Shown one piece after another: positions 32,296 through 47,900 of a stretch of DNA of 52,683 nt. How positions within the stretch are numbered: the stretch's first letter is position 1; each line of letters opens with the position of its first letter. Source of the stretch: an uncultured Alphaproteobacteria bacterium (GTDB lineage: Bacteria > Pseudomonadota > Alphaproteobacteria > CAIYWZ01). The notes under the pieces are model-generated. The model did no database searches and was not told the DNA's origin. It saw nothing but the letters and a program-made list of their open reading frames with translations. Made by a program: the position numbers and the translations under genes. Where the stretch lies: contig CAIYWZ010000001.1 of NCBI GenBank assembly GCA_903930075.1, forward strand, positions 1 to 52,683, read 5' to 3'.

Positions 32296-33957
32296 ATGTT
32301 GAATACAGAATTTATAGAAAACTGTTTTAAAGCTCAAAAGGCATTTGGGGACGTTTTTAAGGGGAAGATGGATGAGGGGATGGATATGCATATGCATATG
32401 CAAACTTCGTCGGATATTTCCCATAGCCTTTTTGACTTTTTGCAGTATATGATGAAAAATCCAGAGCAAATCCATGCGTTTCAGAGTCAATTTATCCAGA
32501 ACCAAGCAGAGATTCTGAAAAATATTTCCCACAATGAGACTCCCCTGCCCTTTAAAGATAAAAGATTTAAGGGCGATGCTTGGAATGAAAATCCTTTTTA
32601 TACGTACCTTTCTCAATCTTATTTAAATTTAAGTCAGCAAGTGCAAAAAACTTTAAAAGATCTTGAATCTGCCGAGCCGGAGATGGGATTAAAGGTGAAA
32701 TTTTATTTAAATCAATTGTTAGATGCGCTTTCTCCCTCAAATTTTGTCATGACGAATCCTGAGATTTTGGAGACCACCCTTAAAACACAAGGGGCGAATT
32801 TGAAGGAAGGGTTTGAAAAGCTCGCCAAAGATTTACAAGATTCACCAAATTTTAAAATGAACCCTGAAGGGGCTTTTAAGGTGGGGGAGAATATCGCAAC
32901 AACCCCAGGAGATGTTGTTTTTAAAAATGAATTGATGGAGCTAATTCATTATAAGCCTAAAGGAAAAAAGACGTATAGCATTCCCTTACTCATCATCCCC
33001 CCTTGGATCAATAAGTATTATATTTTTGATTTGAGCCCGGAAAACTCCTTTGTGAAATGGCTTGTTTCTCAACAAATAGATGTTTATATCATTTCCTGGG
33101 TTAATCCCCAAGCAGGGCAAAAGCAAATTTCTTTTGAAGATTACATGACAAAAGGGATTATGGAAGCTGAAAAAGAAATTCTAAAATTTACATCCTCGAA
33201 GGAAATTAATTTCTTAGGGTATTGTTTAGGAGGGATTCTTCTTTCCTGTTACATGGCGTATATGGGGGAAAATAAGATTTCTACCGCAAAATCCGCAAGT
33301 TTCTTTGCCACTCCCCTTGATTTTACAAAGTCTGGAGACTTAAAACTGTTTGTCAATGAGAAGAAAATCAATTATTTAGAGAATCTAATGGATAAACAGG
33401 GAGTTTTAGACGGCAATATTTTATTCCAGGTTTTCAGTATGCTTCGGTCTAAGGAGATGGTTTGGGATACTCTTGTAAATACATATATGCTGGGCAAAGA
33501 TCCAAGGCCCTTGGATTTTCTTTTTTGGAACAGTGATGTGACGAATTTATCTGGGGAGATGTATAAATTTTATGTGCGTAAGTTTTATCTTGAGAATAGT
33601 TTTTTCAAAAAAGATAATTTGAGTCTTAAAAATACCCCCATTGATTTGAGCAAAATTATGGCCGAAACCTTTTGGCTCTCTACCCGGGACGATCATATTG
33701 CGCCTTTCTCATCCACGCTTTCGGGGCTTAATCTTTTGAAATCTCCGTTTGAATTTGTCTTGGGTGAATCAGGGCATGTGGCGGGGATTTTTAATCCGGC
33801 AAAGTCTTTAAAATATGGATTTACATCGGGAGATGAATATAAAAGCGGATCCTGGTGGCCCCATTGGTTAGATTGGCTCACCCAAAGGTCGGGAACTTTG
33901 GAAAAAATCATGGAGATTCCAGGGTTATATCCGGCTCCTGGAATGTATGTGAAATAA
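32296..33957 (+). CDS. phaC: Class I poly(3-hydroxyalkanoate) synthase PhaC
   Basis: 553 aa. Lipase-box GYCLGG with catalytic Cys, DKRFKGDAWNENPFY, and a C-terminal GHVAGI histidine motif. Confidence 0.9.
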   Translation: MLNTEFIENCFKAQKAFGDVFKGKMDEGMDMHMHMQTSSDISHSLFDFLQYMMKNPEQIHAFQSQFIQNQAEILKNISHNETPLPFKDKRFKGDAWNENPFYTYLSQSYLNLSQQVQKTLKDLESAEPEMGLKVKFYLNQLLDALSPSNFVMTNPEILETTLKTQGANLKEGFEKLAKDLQDSPNFKMNPEGAFKVGENIATTPGDVVFKNELMELIHYKPKGKKTYSIPLLIIPPWINKYYIFDLSPENSFVKWLVSQQIDVYIISWVNPQAGQKQISFEDYMTKGIMEAEKEILKFTSSKEINFLGYCLGGILLSCYMAYMGENKISTAKSASFFATPLDFTKSGDLKLFVNEKKINYLENLMDKQGVLDGNILFQVFSMLRSKEMVWDTLVNTYMLGKDPRPLDFLFWNSDVTNLSGEMYKFYVRKFYLENSFFKKDNLSLKNTPIDLSKIMAETFWLSTRDDHIAPFSSTLSGLNLLKSPFEFVLGESGHVAGIFNPAKSLKYGFTSGDEYKSGSWWPHWLDWLTQRSGTLEKIMEIPGLYPAPGMYVK

Positions 33958-33958
33958 C

Positions 33959-34492
33959 TTACTTTAAGTTTTTAGCCATATTGTAACCGGTTAGAAAAAA
34001 ACCTTCTCTGGTGTATAGTTTTTTTGCCCCCTGATTGTGGCCGAAAACATGGAGGCGGACTTTTTTGGCGCCAAATTCTTTTGCTTTTTCTTCGTAAATT
34101 TTTAAAAGAGCTGTCCCGTATCCTTTATTTTGAAATTCTTCAAAAATGCGAATATCATATAAAAAACCTTCGGTTTGATCATCTTCAATAATTCTCATAT
34201 ACCAAAGGGTTCCAACTTTTTTACCACTATCGACAGCAATCACGTCAAATATATAGTTATTTGGGGTTTGGGCCCCTAGGGGAAGAATACCTAAAAATTC
34301 TGCTATTTCTTTGCTTCTGACCTGCGGTTCTGGATCTTTATCATTTTTTACAACGTTTTCAATCGATCCTTCGATGAAGCGTGCTTTCAATGCTTTAAAA
34401 CTTTCATCATCCATTTCTTTTAAAGTTACTTTTTTAGCATTTGCATGGAGACCAATTGCAAACAGCAATATAAATGAAAAGAGTATATTCAT
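33959..34492 (-). CDS. GNAT-family N-acetyltransferase with N-terminal signal peptide (paralog 1)
   Basis: 177 aa. Signal-like MNILFSFILLFAIGLHANA. GNAT motif A FQNKGYGTALL. C-terminal LHVFGHNQGAKKLYTREGF. Confidence 0.8.
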   Translation of the reverse strand: MNILFSFILLFAIGLHANAKKVTLKEMDDESFKALKARFIEGSIENVVKNDKDPEPQVRSKEIAEFLGILPLGAQTPNNYIFDVIAVDSGKKVGTLWYMRIIEDDQTEGFLYDIRIFEEFQNKGYGTALLKIYEEKAKEFGAKKVRLHVFGHNQGAKKLYTREGFFLTGYNMAKNLK

Positions 34493-34502
34493 TGGTTGTT
34501 CC

Positions 34503-35084
34503 TTAATTTAAATTTTTCGCCATATTATAACCGGTTAAGAAAAAGCCCATTTTCTCATAAAGTTTTTTAGCTCCTTGATTATGGGCAAAAACATGTAACC
34601 GAAGTTTTTTTGCGCCTATTTCTTTGGCTTTTTGTTCATAAAGCTTTAAAAGAGCCGTTCCATAGCCTTTGCTTTGAAATTCTTCAAATATACGAATATC
34701 AAAGAGAAAAAAGATTGGATTTTCCCCTTCTGTATATTTCAAGAACCAAACAGTGCCGACTTTTTTTCCTGTATCTTTGGCGACCACGTCATAAATAAAA
34801 TTGTTAGGCGTTTCCAATCCCAAAGGCAAATTTCGTCCAAATTCTTTGATCGCTCGTGCGCGCGTTACTTCTTCAGTATCACGGTCGTTTATCATGCGAT
34901 TTTCAACTGATCCTTCGATATACCGTTCTCTGAAAGCTTTGAATCCTTGCGTATCCATTTCCTTGAGGATGATTTCTTGGACACGCGTTTCTTTTTTTTC
35001 TGTTGACTTCCAAGACCACGCATTTGTTTCCGTTGTTACGAATGCGCTCAAAGATAAAACTAAACATAAGATGATTTTTTGCAT
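34503..35084 (-). CDS. GNAT-family N-acetyltransferase with N-terminal signal peptide (paralog 2)
   Basis: 193 aa. Signal-like MQKIILCLVLSLSAFVTTETNA. 54/63 residues identical to paralog 1 across the acetyl-CoA-binding half (by eye). Confidence 0.8.
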   Translation of the reverse strand: MQKIILCLVLSLSAFVTTETNAWSWKSTEKKETRVQEIILKEMDTQGFKAFRERYIEGSVENRMINDRDTEEVTRARAIKEFGRNLPLGLETPNNFIYDVVAKDTGKKVGTVWFLKYTEGENPIFFLFDIRIFEEFQSKGYGTALLKLYEQKAKEIGAKKLRLHVFAHNQGAKKLYEKMGFFLTGYNMAKNLN

Positions 35085-35100
35085 TTAAAGTTGCTCCCGT

Positions 35101-38760
<3,660 letters not shown>

Positions 38761-38764
<4 letters not shown>

Positions 38765-39498
38765 TTTTCCAAAGCGCTTTTGACAAGGTCTTTGGCCATA
38801 TTTGACCATGACGTTCCAGGGTAATTCTTTTCAAGGATCATAGCCGCTTCATTTGCAAGAGCCGCATCTCCAAAACTTAAAAATACTTCAACGATGCGAT
38901 AATAAGCTTCAGGAGTATATTTAGAGTCACGGTGTTTTTGAATCACGGTTTGAAATCTTCCCAAAGCCGAAATATCAGATCCTTCATTTTGATATTGACG
39001 CGCAACTTCGATTTCTTTTGCGGCAAGCAACTCTTTAAGTAAACTTATTCTTTCTTTAGAATCTTTCGCATAAACAGACCTTGGGAATTTTTTAATATGT
39101 AAATCCAGGGCCTTAAAAGCTTCCTCTGTGGTTTGATGGTCTCTTGTTGGATCTTTAACACGTTCATAATGAATCAGACCAATCAGATATGTTGCATAAG
39201 GAGTAAGTTCGTGCGCAGGGTGCATTTTGGAGAAATTATCCAAAACAGCCACAGCTTGCTCATGTCTTTGGCTTTTATAATAACAATAACCGGCCATAAC
39301 CTGAGCTTTCTTTGCCCATGAATTATAAGGATATTGACGCTCTACATCTTCAAAGGTTTCTGCAGCTTTTACATAATATCCACTGACCATACTATCCATT
39401 GCTTCATTGTAAACTTCATCTAAAGGGCGATCTTTAAATCCCTCATCGCTGCAGCTTGCTAAAAATAAGCTAAGAGCAGTAAACACTATTTTTTTCAT
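38761..39498 (-). CDS. bamD: Outer membrane protein assembly factor BamD (YfiO)
   Basis: 245 aa. Lipobox LFLASC, TPR-like repeats, and the bamD-recN-ligA synteny common in alphaproteobacteria. Confidence 0.85.
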
Positions 39499-39541
39499 TT
39501 TTTATCCAATCTAATTTCTTATTCAAACTATAAGCACTATT

Positions 39542-40681
39542 TCACTTTTCTTCTAGTGCTTTTATTCCTGGCAGTATATCTCCGCCTAAGTATTCTAAAA
39601 ACGCTCCCCCTGCCATGGAAATATGCGTTAGTTTCTGTTCTATCTTTGCTTTATAGATAGCAGCCACTGTTTCACCACCACCAGCAATAGAAAGAACCTC
39701 AGGAGAGGCATATTTCCCAATAAGCTTTGCAATCTCTAACGTTCCTTTTGCGCCCCATTCTTCTTCAAAAATACCAACAGGCCCATTCCATAAAATAGTT
39801 TTTGCATTTTTGAGGACTTCATCAATCTTGTGCAGAGTTTTTTCACCGATATCTACAAAACATTCATGAGGTTTGATATCTTCCACATTGATTTCTTTGC
39901 GCACCCTATTTTCAACAATCGCTCTGTCGCAAGGAAGCAGAAGATCAACACCTCTTTCCTTACATGTTGAAATCAGAGCCAGAGCCGTTTCTTTAAAATC
40001 TTTTTCAACCAATGAAGTTCCAACATCAAACCCTTGAGCAAATAAAAATGTGTTGGCCATGCCTCCACCTAGAATGAGGGTATCAACTTTTTTAGCCAAA
40101 TTTTTCAAAACGCCGATTTTGGTGGAAACTTTTGATCCGCCAATAATTGCAACAGTAGGTCTTTTAGAAGAGGAAAGAACCTTCTCTAGATAAAATACTT
40201 CTTTTTCGAGTTCTAATCCTGCATAGGAGGGGAGGAAATGCGTAATGCTTTCAACAGAAGCATGGGCTCTGTGAGAGACAGAAAAAGCATCGTTTACAAA
40301 TATATCCCCGAATGCTGAAAGCTCTTGAGCAAAGCCCTTATCATTTAATTCTTCCCGTGTGTCGAATCTTAAATTTTCTAAAAGAGATATTTTTTCATCA
40401 GAATTTAATCCAAAACCAACTTTATGGCCTAAAGCTTTTTCTAAATATGGGGTGAGAAACTCTAAACTTAAAGATTTGTCGCCAAGTTTTGGTCTGCCTA
40501 AATGCGACATAAGTCTAATTTGTTTTACGTTTGATTGAAGTAGAAATTTAATTGTTTTTGAAAGAGCTTTTAAACGTGCAGTTTCAAGGACTCTGCCTTC
40601 ATATATGGGGACATTAAAGTCTGCGCGCACCAAAACAGTTTTGTTTTCAAGATCTGCTGAGGATAACTTTTGTAGATTCAT
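39542..40681 (-). CDS. pgk: Phosphoglycerate kinase
   Basis: RADFNVP, GGGMANTF and GGGA motifs. The start is set at ATG 40681, with GGAGG 5 nt upstream. The ORF-track start at 40693 is a TTG inside the SD sequence. Confidence 0.9.
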   Translation of the reverse strand: MNLQKLSSADLENKTVLVRADFNVPIYEGRVLETARLKALSKTIKFLLQSNVKQIRLMSHLGRPKLGDKSLSLEFLTPYLEKALGHKVGFGLNSDEKISLLENLRFDTREELNDKGFAQELSAFGDIFVNDAFSVSHRAHASVESITHFLPSYAGLELEKEVFYLEKVLSSSKRPTVAIIGGSKVSTKIGVLKNLAKKVDTLILGGGMANTFLFAQGFDVGTSLVEKDFKETALALISTCKERGVDLLLPCDRAIVENRVRKEINVEDIKPHECFVDIGEKTLHKIDEVLKNAKTILWNGPVGIFEEEWGAKGTLEIAKLIGKYASPEVLSIAGGGETVAAIYKAKIEQKLTHISMAGGAFLEYLGGDILPGIKALEEK

Positions 40682-40700
40682 TTTTTCCTCCAAAAAGATA

Positions 40701-40734
40701 AAAATCAGGAGACAGTTTATTATCCCCTGATTTT
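40701..40734 (-). terminator. Weak hairpin downstream of rpoC
   Basis: AAAATCAGG/CCTGATTTT 9-bp stem with a 16-nt loop, followed by TATCTTTTT. It lies immediately before the pgk SD sequence, so read-through is likely. Confidence 0.35.
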
Positions 40735-40740
40735 AAATTG

Positions 40741-43700
40741 TCAAATAGCAGCTTTTTTTTCGGCTTTTTCAGCTTTAGCGGATGCTTCTTGTTGCTCGCG
40801 GGCTGCTTCAACCAAGAGTTTATCTTTTGTTGCTGCCATTTTCTTAAAGTCATTGACAGAGCGGCCTGTTCCAACTGGAATTAATCGTCCTACGATGACG
40901 TTTTCTTTTAATCCATGCAAACGATCGACCTTTCCTGAAACAGCGGCTTCTGTGAGAACACGTGTTGTTTCCATGAAAGAAGCTGCCGAGAAAAATGACT
41001 TGGTTTGAAGAGATGCTTTTGTAATACCTTGCAAAATCGGACGACTTGTTGCGGCTCTCAACCCTTCTGATAAGGCTTTACGGTTTTCTTCTTCAAAGTC
41101 TCCTCTATCAAGAATTTCTCCATTGAGCATTGTGGTATCACCAGCATCCATAACTTCGACTTTTTGAAGCATTTGGCGCACAATCATTTCTATATGCTTG
41201 TCGTTAATTTTCACACCTTGCAAACGAAAGACTTCTTGAACTTCGTTTCCAAGATAATTTGCCAGTGCTTCCACGCCCATAACTTGAAGAATATCGTGGG
41301 GAACTTGGTTTCCATCGACCAATAAATCGCCTCTTTTAACCACGTCACCTTCATGAACCATAATGTGTCTGCCCTTTGGAATTAAGTATTCCATAGGAGC
41401 CGAGTTTTCTTCCAATGGCGTAATCGTAATACGGCGTTTTGTCTTATAATCTTTTCCAAATTCAACACGGCCATCTGCCTCACAAATAATCGCGCTATCT
41501 TTTGGTTTACGTGCTTCGAATAATTCTTCAACGCGTGGCAAACCTCCTGTGATATCACGGGTCTTTGTTGATTCTTTAGGAATACGTGCTAAAACATCAC
41601 CTGCTTTAACTTTTGCGCCATTTTCAACGCTCAAAATAGCTTCAACAGACATAAAGTATCTTGCTTCAAGACCTGAGGGCAAGAGAAGAGGATTGCCTTC
41701 TGCATCCCGCAAAATAATCCTTGGCTTCAAGTCCGATCCTCTGGACTGTTGCTTCCAATCAATAACCACGCGGTTTGAAATACCTGTTGATTCATCCACG
41801 ACTTCCCTGATAGAAAGGCCATCGATTAAGTCAACATAATTTACAATACCATCACGCTCTGTGATAATTGGAACAGTATATGGATCCCAATCCGCAAGTT
41901 TGTCACCTTTTTGAACAGTTCTTCCATCATCGACCAAAAGACGTGATCCAAATGGAACCTTATGTCTTGCTTTTTCACGGCCATGAGCATCGCAAATCGA
42001 AACTTCTAAATAACGACCAGTGACAACAAGTGTACCATCATCACGGGCAACGGCAACGCGGTTCTTAATCGCAATGATACCTTCAATTCCGGCTTCAATG
42101 CTTGATTTTTGAGCTCCTCGTTGAGCGGCTCCTCCAATGTGGAACGTACGCATTGTGAGCTGTGTTCCTGGTTCACCGATAGATTGGGCAGCAATAACGC
42201 CAACAGCTTCGCCGATATTGACCAAAGTTCCACGTGAAAGATCTCGTCCATAACATTTTACGCAAATGCCGATTTTGCTTTCGCATGTTAACACCGAGCG
42301 AATTTTAATTTCACTGATGCTGGTATTATCAATTTTGGTAACGCCTTCTTCATCGATCATTTTTCCAGCGCCAACGATTAATTCACCAGTAATTGGGTCA
42401 TACAAGTCGTCAAAGACAATACGTCCAAGAACACGTTCGCTCAAAGATGCAATAACTTCACTGCCTTCCATAACCGCGCGAATGTCTAAGCCATGCTGGG
42501 TTCCGCAATCGTCTTCTGTAATAATACAATCTTGAGCAACATCCACCAAACGACGGGTCAGATAACCAGAGTTCGCAGTTTTTAATGCCATATCCGACAA
42601 ACCTTTACGGGCTCCATGTGTGGAGTTGAAATATTCTAAAACATTCAAGCCTTCTTTGAAGTTTGAAATAATCGGTGTTTCAATAATTTCACCATTTGGT
42701 TTTGTCATCAGACCGCGCATACCTGCAAGCTGCTTCATTTGAGCAGCGGAACCTCTGGCTCCAGAATGGGCCATCATGAAGACGGAGTTTGTTGGCTCTC
42801 CAGGAATAACCTTTGAAAGCTCTTTCATCATGGCGTCAGCAACAAGGTCAGAACATTGCGACCATGCGTCGATAACTTTGTTGTACTTTTCACCTTGTGT
42901 GATCAAACCATCAAGATATTGTTGTTGGAATTCACCAACTTTATCTCTGGTTTCGGAAACAAGCTGTGTTTTTGTTGGCGCAATGATGAGGTCATCTTTA
43001 CCAAAGGAAATGCCAGATTTTGTTGCATATAAGAAACCAAGTTTCATGATTCTATCGGCAAAAATCACCGTTTCTTTTTGACCACAGTTTCTATATACAA
43101 GGTCCACAAGTCCTGAGATTTCCTTGTTTGTCAAAACATGATTGATGGAAGCAAAAGGAATATTTTTACTTGGCATATATTCCCATAAAATCGCACGTCC
43201 TGGTGTTGTATGGACACGGGTATACTCAATTTCTCCTTGGTCGTTCAGAACAGGAATTTTTGTATGAATTTTTGCATGAAGGCTCAAGTATCCAGAATCA
43301 AGTGCATGTTCGATTTCGCAAATAGATCCGAATAATCCACCTTCACCTGGTTCGCCTTCGCGCTCCATCGTTAAATAATAGAGTCCAAGAACGATATCTT
43401 TTGTTGGAACAATAATAGGTTTTCCGCTGGCAGGGCTGAGAATGTTGTTTGTCGACATCATCAAAACGCGCGATTCAAGCTGCGCTTCTAAAGATAATGG
43501 TACGTGGACAGCCATTTGATCTCCATCAAAGTCAGCATTAAACGCTGTACAGACAAGCGGATGGAGCTGAATTGCTTTTCCTTCGACCAAGATTGGTTCA
43601 AATGCTTGAATCCCAAGTCTATGAAGCGTTGGCGCTCGGTTTAAGAGAACAGGGTGTTCACGAATAACTTCTTCTAGAATATCCCATACTTCAACACGTT

Positions 43701-44925
43701 CTTTTTCAACCATACGGCGCGCGGCTTTAACTGTTTGAGCCAATCCATATTTTTCAAGTCTTGCAAAAACGAAAGGTTTAAAGAGCTCTAACGCCATCTT
43801 CTTTGGCAAGCCACATTGATGAAGTTTTAGCTCAGGACCAACCACGATCACAGAACGACCAGAATAATCCACACGTTTTCCCAAAAGGTTCTGACGGAAG
43901 CGTCCTTGCTTTCCTTTGAGCAAATCAGAAAGAGATTTTAAAGGTCTTTTGTTTGCGCCAGTAATAACTCTACCTCTTCTACCATTGTCAAAAAGTGCAT
44001 CTACAGCTTCTTGCAACATACGTTTTTCATTTCGTATAATGATATCAGGTGCGCGCAGTTCAATCAGTCTTTTTAAGCGGTTATTTCTGTTAATAACGCG
44101 TCTGTATAAATCATTCAGATCCGATGTTGCGAATCTGCCCCCATCAAGTGGAACCAGTGGGCGTAATTCTGGTGGGATGATGGGAATAACATCCATAATC
44201 ATCCATTCTGGGCGTGTTCCAGATTCCAAGAATGCATCTACAACTTTAAGGGTTTTAACCAGCTTTTTTCTTTTTGTTTCAGAAGTCGCACTGAGTAATT
44301 CTTCTTTAACGCGAATATGTTCAGCCTCTAAATTGATATTTGTGAGCATTATTTTTAAGGCTTCAGCACCAATGCTTGCCGCAAAAGTATCTTCGCCATA
44401 TCTTTCTTGGGATTCGATGTATTCTTCTTCAGTGAGCAACTGACCAAGGCGCAGGTCTGTCAGGCCTGGTTCAACAACGATGTAGCTTTCAAAATATAGA
44501 ACACGTTCGATATCTTTGAGTGACATATCTAGTAAGAATCCAATACGGCTTGGCAAAGATTTTGTAAACCAAATATGCGCAATTGGAGAGGCTAAATCAA
44601 TGTGCCCCATACGTTCACGGCGCACTTTTGCGAGCGTGACTTCAACACCACATTTCTCGCAAATAACGCCTCTGTATTTCATACGCTTATATTTTCCACA
44701 TAAGCATTGATAATCTTTAATCGGACCAAAAATACGTGAACAGAATAAGCCATCTCTTTCTGGCTTAAATGTTCTGTAGTTAATCGTTTCTGGCTTCTTC
44801 ACTTCACCATAAGACCAAGATCTTATTTGATCTGAGCTCGCTACTGAGATTTGAATTTCGTCAAACTGTTGAGCAGTTGACATTGGTGAGAAAAGATTGA
44901 CTAAATTTCTATTCATACCTTGCAT
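40741..44925 (-). CDS. rpoC: DNA-directed RNA polymerase subunit beta'
   Basis: 1394 aa. Catalytic motif [12 protein letters not shown] and a zinc-binding Cys motif near the N-terminus. Confidence 0.97.
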   Translation of the reverse strand: MQGMNRNLVNLFSPMSTAQQFDEIQISVASSDQIRSWSYGEVKKPETINYRTFKPERDGLFCSRIFGPIKDYQCLCGKYKRMKYRGVICEKCGVEVTLAKVRRERMGHIDLASPIAHIWFTKSLPSRIGFLLDMSLKDIERVLYFESYIVVEPGLTDLRLGQLLTEEEYIESQERYGEDTFAASIGAEALKIMLTNINLEAEHIRVKEELLSATSETKRKKLVKTLKVVDAFLESGTRPEWMIMDVIPIIPPELRPLVPLDGGRFATSDLNDLYRRVINRNNRLKRLIELRAPDIIIRNEKRMLQEAVDALFDNGRRGRVITGANKRPLKSLSDLLKGKQGRFRQNLLGKRVDYSGRSVIVVGPELKLHQCGLPKKMALELFKPFVFARLEKYGLAQTVKAARRMVEKERVEVWDILEEVIREHPVLLNRAPTLHRLGIQAFEPILVEGKAIQLHPLVCTAFNADFDGDQMAVHVPLSLEAQLESRVLMMSTNNILSPASGKPIIVPTKDIVLGLYYLTMEREGEPGEGGLFGSICEIEHALDSGYLSLHAKIHTKIPVLNDQGEIEYTRVHTTPGRAILWEYMPSKNIPFASINHVLTNKEISGLVDLVYRNCGQKETVIFADRIMKLGFLYATKSGISFGKDDLIIAPTKTQLVSETRDKVGEFQQQYLDGLITQGEKYNKVIDAWSQCSDLVADAMMKELSKVIPGEPTNSVFMMAHSGARGSAAQMKQLAGMRGLMTKPNGEIIETPIISNFKEGLNVLEYFNSTHGARKGLSDMALKTANSGYLTRRLVDVAQDCIITEDDCGTQHGLDIRAVMEGSEVIASLSERVLGRIVFDDLYDPITGELIVGAGKMIDEEGVTKIDNTSISEIKIRSVLTCESKIGICVKCYGRDLSRGTLVNIGEAVGVIAAQSIGEPGTQLTMRTFHIGGAAQRGAQKSSIEAGIEGIIAIKNRVAVARDDGTLVVTGRYLEVSICDAHGREKARHKVPFGSRLLVDDGRTVQKGDKLADWDPYTVPIITERDGIVNYVDLIDGLSIREVVDESTGISNRVVIDWKQQSRGSDLKPRIILRDAEGNPLLLPSGLEARYFMSVEAILSVENGAKVKAGDVLARIPKESTKTRDITGGLPRVEELFEARKPKDSAIICEADGRVEFGKDYKTKRRITITPLEENSAPMEYLIPKGRHIMVHEGDVVKRGDLLVDGNQVPHDILQVMGVEALANYLGNEVQEVFRLQGVKINDKHIEMIVRQMLQKVEVMDAGDTTMLNGEILDRGDFEEENRKALSEGLRAATSRPILQGITKASLQTKSFFSAASFMETTRVLTEAAVSGKVDRLHGLKENVIVGRLIPVGTGRSVNDFKKMAATKDKLLVEAAREQQEASAKAEKAEKKAAI

Positions 44926-44940
44926 ATTTGATCTCCTCTA

Positions 44941-47900
44941 TTATAGCGTGCGTTGATTAAATTCAACATTGAGTCCTAAGGACTTTAACTCTTTTACCAG
45001 AACGTTAAATGATTCTGGAATTCCAGCTTCAAGATTATCATCACCGCGAACAATGGCTTCATAAACCTTTGTACGACCTGCAACGTCATCTGACTTTACA
45101 GTGAGCATTTCTTGAAGTGTATAGGCTGCGCCGTAGGCTTGTAGAGCCCAGACTTCCATTTCTCCAAAACGTTGACCACCAAATTGAGCTTTTCCGCCCA
45201 AAGGTTGCTGTGTTACTAAGCTGTATGGACCAACTGAACGGGCATGGATTTTCTCATCAACCAAATGGTGGAGTTTGAGAATATAAATACATCCAACAGT
45301 TACTTGTCGGCTAAATTGCTCCCCAGTTCTTCCATCATACAATGTTTCTTGACCTGAAGTATCCAAACCTGCTTGACGTAGGAAATGACTAATGTCTTCT
45401 TGTTTTGCTCCATCGAACACAGGACTTGCCATGGGAACCCCTTTGACAAGGTTACTTGCAAGCTCCATGGTTGATTCATGTTTGAAAGAAGTCATCGCAC
45501 TTGTGATGTTTTTATCTTCGTAAACATCCTGGAGTCTTTCTTTAAAGACACTTTCACTGATATTGTCTTTCGAGAATTCACCGATAAGCTTGGAAATTTG
45601 TTTCCCCAAATTCATCGAAGCCCAACCCAAATGTGTTTCAAGAATTTGTCCAACGTTCATACGTGAAGGAACACCAAGTGGGTTCAAAACGATATCCAAA
45701 GGTGTGCCATCTTCCAAATAAGGCATATCTTCAATGGGAACGATGCAAGAAACAACACCTTTGTTTCCATGACGTCCAGCCATTTTATCGCCAGGTTGTA
45801 GTTTTCTTTTCACAGCGACGAAAACCTTGACCATTTTCAAAACTCCTGGTGGCAATTCATCGCCTCTTCTGAGTTTTTCAACTTTATCTTCAAACCGTTG
45901 CATGAGCGATTGAATTGAATTATCAACTTGTTGCTTTAAGTCTTCAATTTTACGCATCGCTTTATCATCTTCGATAACGATTTGTCTCCATTGGCCTTTC
46001 GTGATGGATGCAAGGAACTCGGCAGTTATTTGAGTTCCCAGTTCAACATTTACTCCTGTTGGCGCCTTTGTCACAATACCATCTAATAAAAATGTGTGAA
46101 GACCCGCATAGAAGTTTCTCTCCAAAATGAGTTTTTCATCATCTCTATCTTTTGCTAAACGATCAATCTCGCTCTTTTCAATGGCCAAAGAACGCTCGTC
46201 TTTATCTAGTCCGCGGCGGGAAAATACCCGTACTTCAACAATTGTACCATTGACTCCAGGTGGAACACGCAAAGAGGAGTCCCTCACATCAGAAGCTTTT
46301 TCTCCAAAAATGGCTCTTAAGAGCTTTTCTTCTGGGGTTACAGGAGATTCTCCTTTGGGAGTGACCTTGCCCACGAGAATATCTCCGGGCTTTACATCAG
46401 CTCCTATAGAAATAATACCTGCTTCATCGAGATTCTTTAGAGCTTCTTCACCAACATTTGGGATATCGCGAGTAACTTCTTCATTTCCAAGTTTTGTGTC
46501 TCTGGCCATAATTTCAAATTCTTCGATATGCACAGATGTGAAAACGTCGTCTTTAACAATACGTTCAGAAATGATGATTGAGTCTTCAAAGTTATACCCA
46601 TTCCAGGACATGAATCCAACCAGGACATTTCGCCCTAAAGCCAGTTCTCCATTATCAGTGGACGGTCCATCTGCAATGATATCGCCCGTTTTAATAAAAT
46701 CTCCAACACGCACCAATGGTTTTTGGTTGATACATGTGCTTTGGTTTGATCTTTGGAACTTCAACAAATTATAGATATCAACGCCTGCAATGCTTTGATC
46801 GCCATCTTCTGTGGCTCTGACAACAATACGATTTGCGTCAACTTGGTCTACAATACCCGATCGTTTTGCAATGACGGTGACTCCTGAGTCACGGGCTACG
46901 ACTGATTCCATACCTGTACCAATTAAAGGAGCTTCTGCCCTTAGGAGTGGAACGGCTTGTCTTTGCATGTTTGATCCCATGAGAGCGCGGTTCGCGTCAT
47001 CGTTTTCAAGGAAAGGAATTAAAGATGCAGCAACCGAAACGAGCTGTTTTGGAGAAATATCCATTAAGTCGACTTCGGAAGCCCCTGCAATGATAAATTC
47101 ACCTGATTTACGGGCACTGACAAATTCAGTTGTAATCTTTCCTGATGGATCAAGATCAGCATTGGCTTGGGCAATTGTGTATTTTCCTTCATCCATAGCC
47201 GAGAGATAAATCACTTCACCACTGACGATTCCGCCTGCTACTTTGCGATAGGGAGTTTCAATGAAACCATAGGGGTTTACACGGGCATAGGTTGCCAATG
47301 AGTTGATCAAACCAATATTTGGACCTTCTGGAGTTTCAATTGGGCAGATACGGCCATAATGAGTCGTGTGAACGTCTCGTACTTCAAATCCGGCTCTTTC
47401 TCTTGTTAAACCACCTGGTCCTAAGGCTGATAATCTTCGTTTATGCGTGATTTCTGCCAAAGGATTGTTTTGATCCATAAATTGTGACAACTGAGAAGAT
47501 GCAAAGAATTCACGTACCGCAGAAGCAGCTGGTTTTGCATTGATCAAGTCGTTGGGGACAACGCCTTCTAAATCCAAAGATCCCATACGTTCTTTGATCA
47601 CACGTTCTACGCGGGTAAGTCCGCTTCTGTATTGATTTTCAAGCAACTCTCCAACGGAGCGAACGCGTCTATTTCCAAGGTGATCGATATCGTCAATCTG
47701 TCCTCTTCCATCTTTTAGGTCCAAAAGTGTCTTTGCAACGTTCAAAAAGTCTTCAGTCGTTAAAACGCGTGTATCAACGGGTAAATTCAAATTAAGCCTG
47801 GAATTTGTTTTCACGCGTCCCACAGAGGATAAATCATACCTTTCCAAATCAAAGAAAAGAGATTTAAAGAGTTGTTGTGAACCTTCCAATGTTGGTGGTT

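Noticed and set aside
32386-32402. (ATGCAT) x about 2.8 hexanucleotide repeat encoding MHMHM near the phaC N-terminus.
   Set aside because: It is in frame, very short, and lies in the variable N-terminal region of PhaC. It is a curiosity with no evidence of function or instability.
32263-32616. 117-aa minus-strand ORF overlapping the 5' end of phaC and the flagellin promoter region.
   Set aside because: It overlaps the well-supported phaC N-terminus in antisense. It has no ribosome-binding site and its composition is not protein-like.
40647-40874. 75-aa minus-strand ORF spanning the rpoC 3' end, the rpoC-pgk spacer and the pgk start.
   Set aside because: It overlaps the rpoC C-terminus in another frame and runs through the terminator-like hairpin and the pgk SD sequence. 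It is not credible as a gene.
46127-46774. 215-aa plus-strand ORF inside rpoB. Similar cases are 43916-44443 in rpoC, 46811-47209, 16480-16953 in hrcA, and 10765-11340 and 12347-12796 in the murJ genes.
   Set aside because: All lie fully antisense to strongly supported conserved genes. They have S/P/R-rich, low-complexity translations typical of antisense frames, no SD sequences, and no recognisable motifs.
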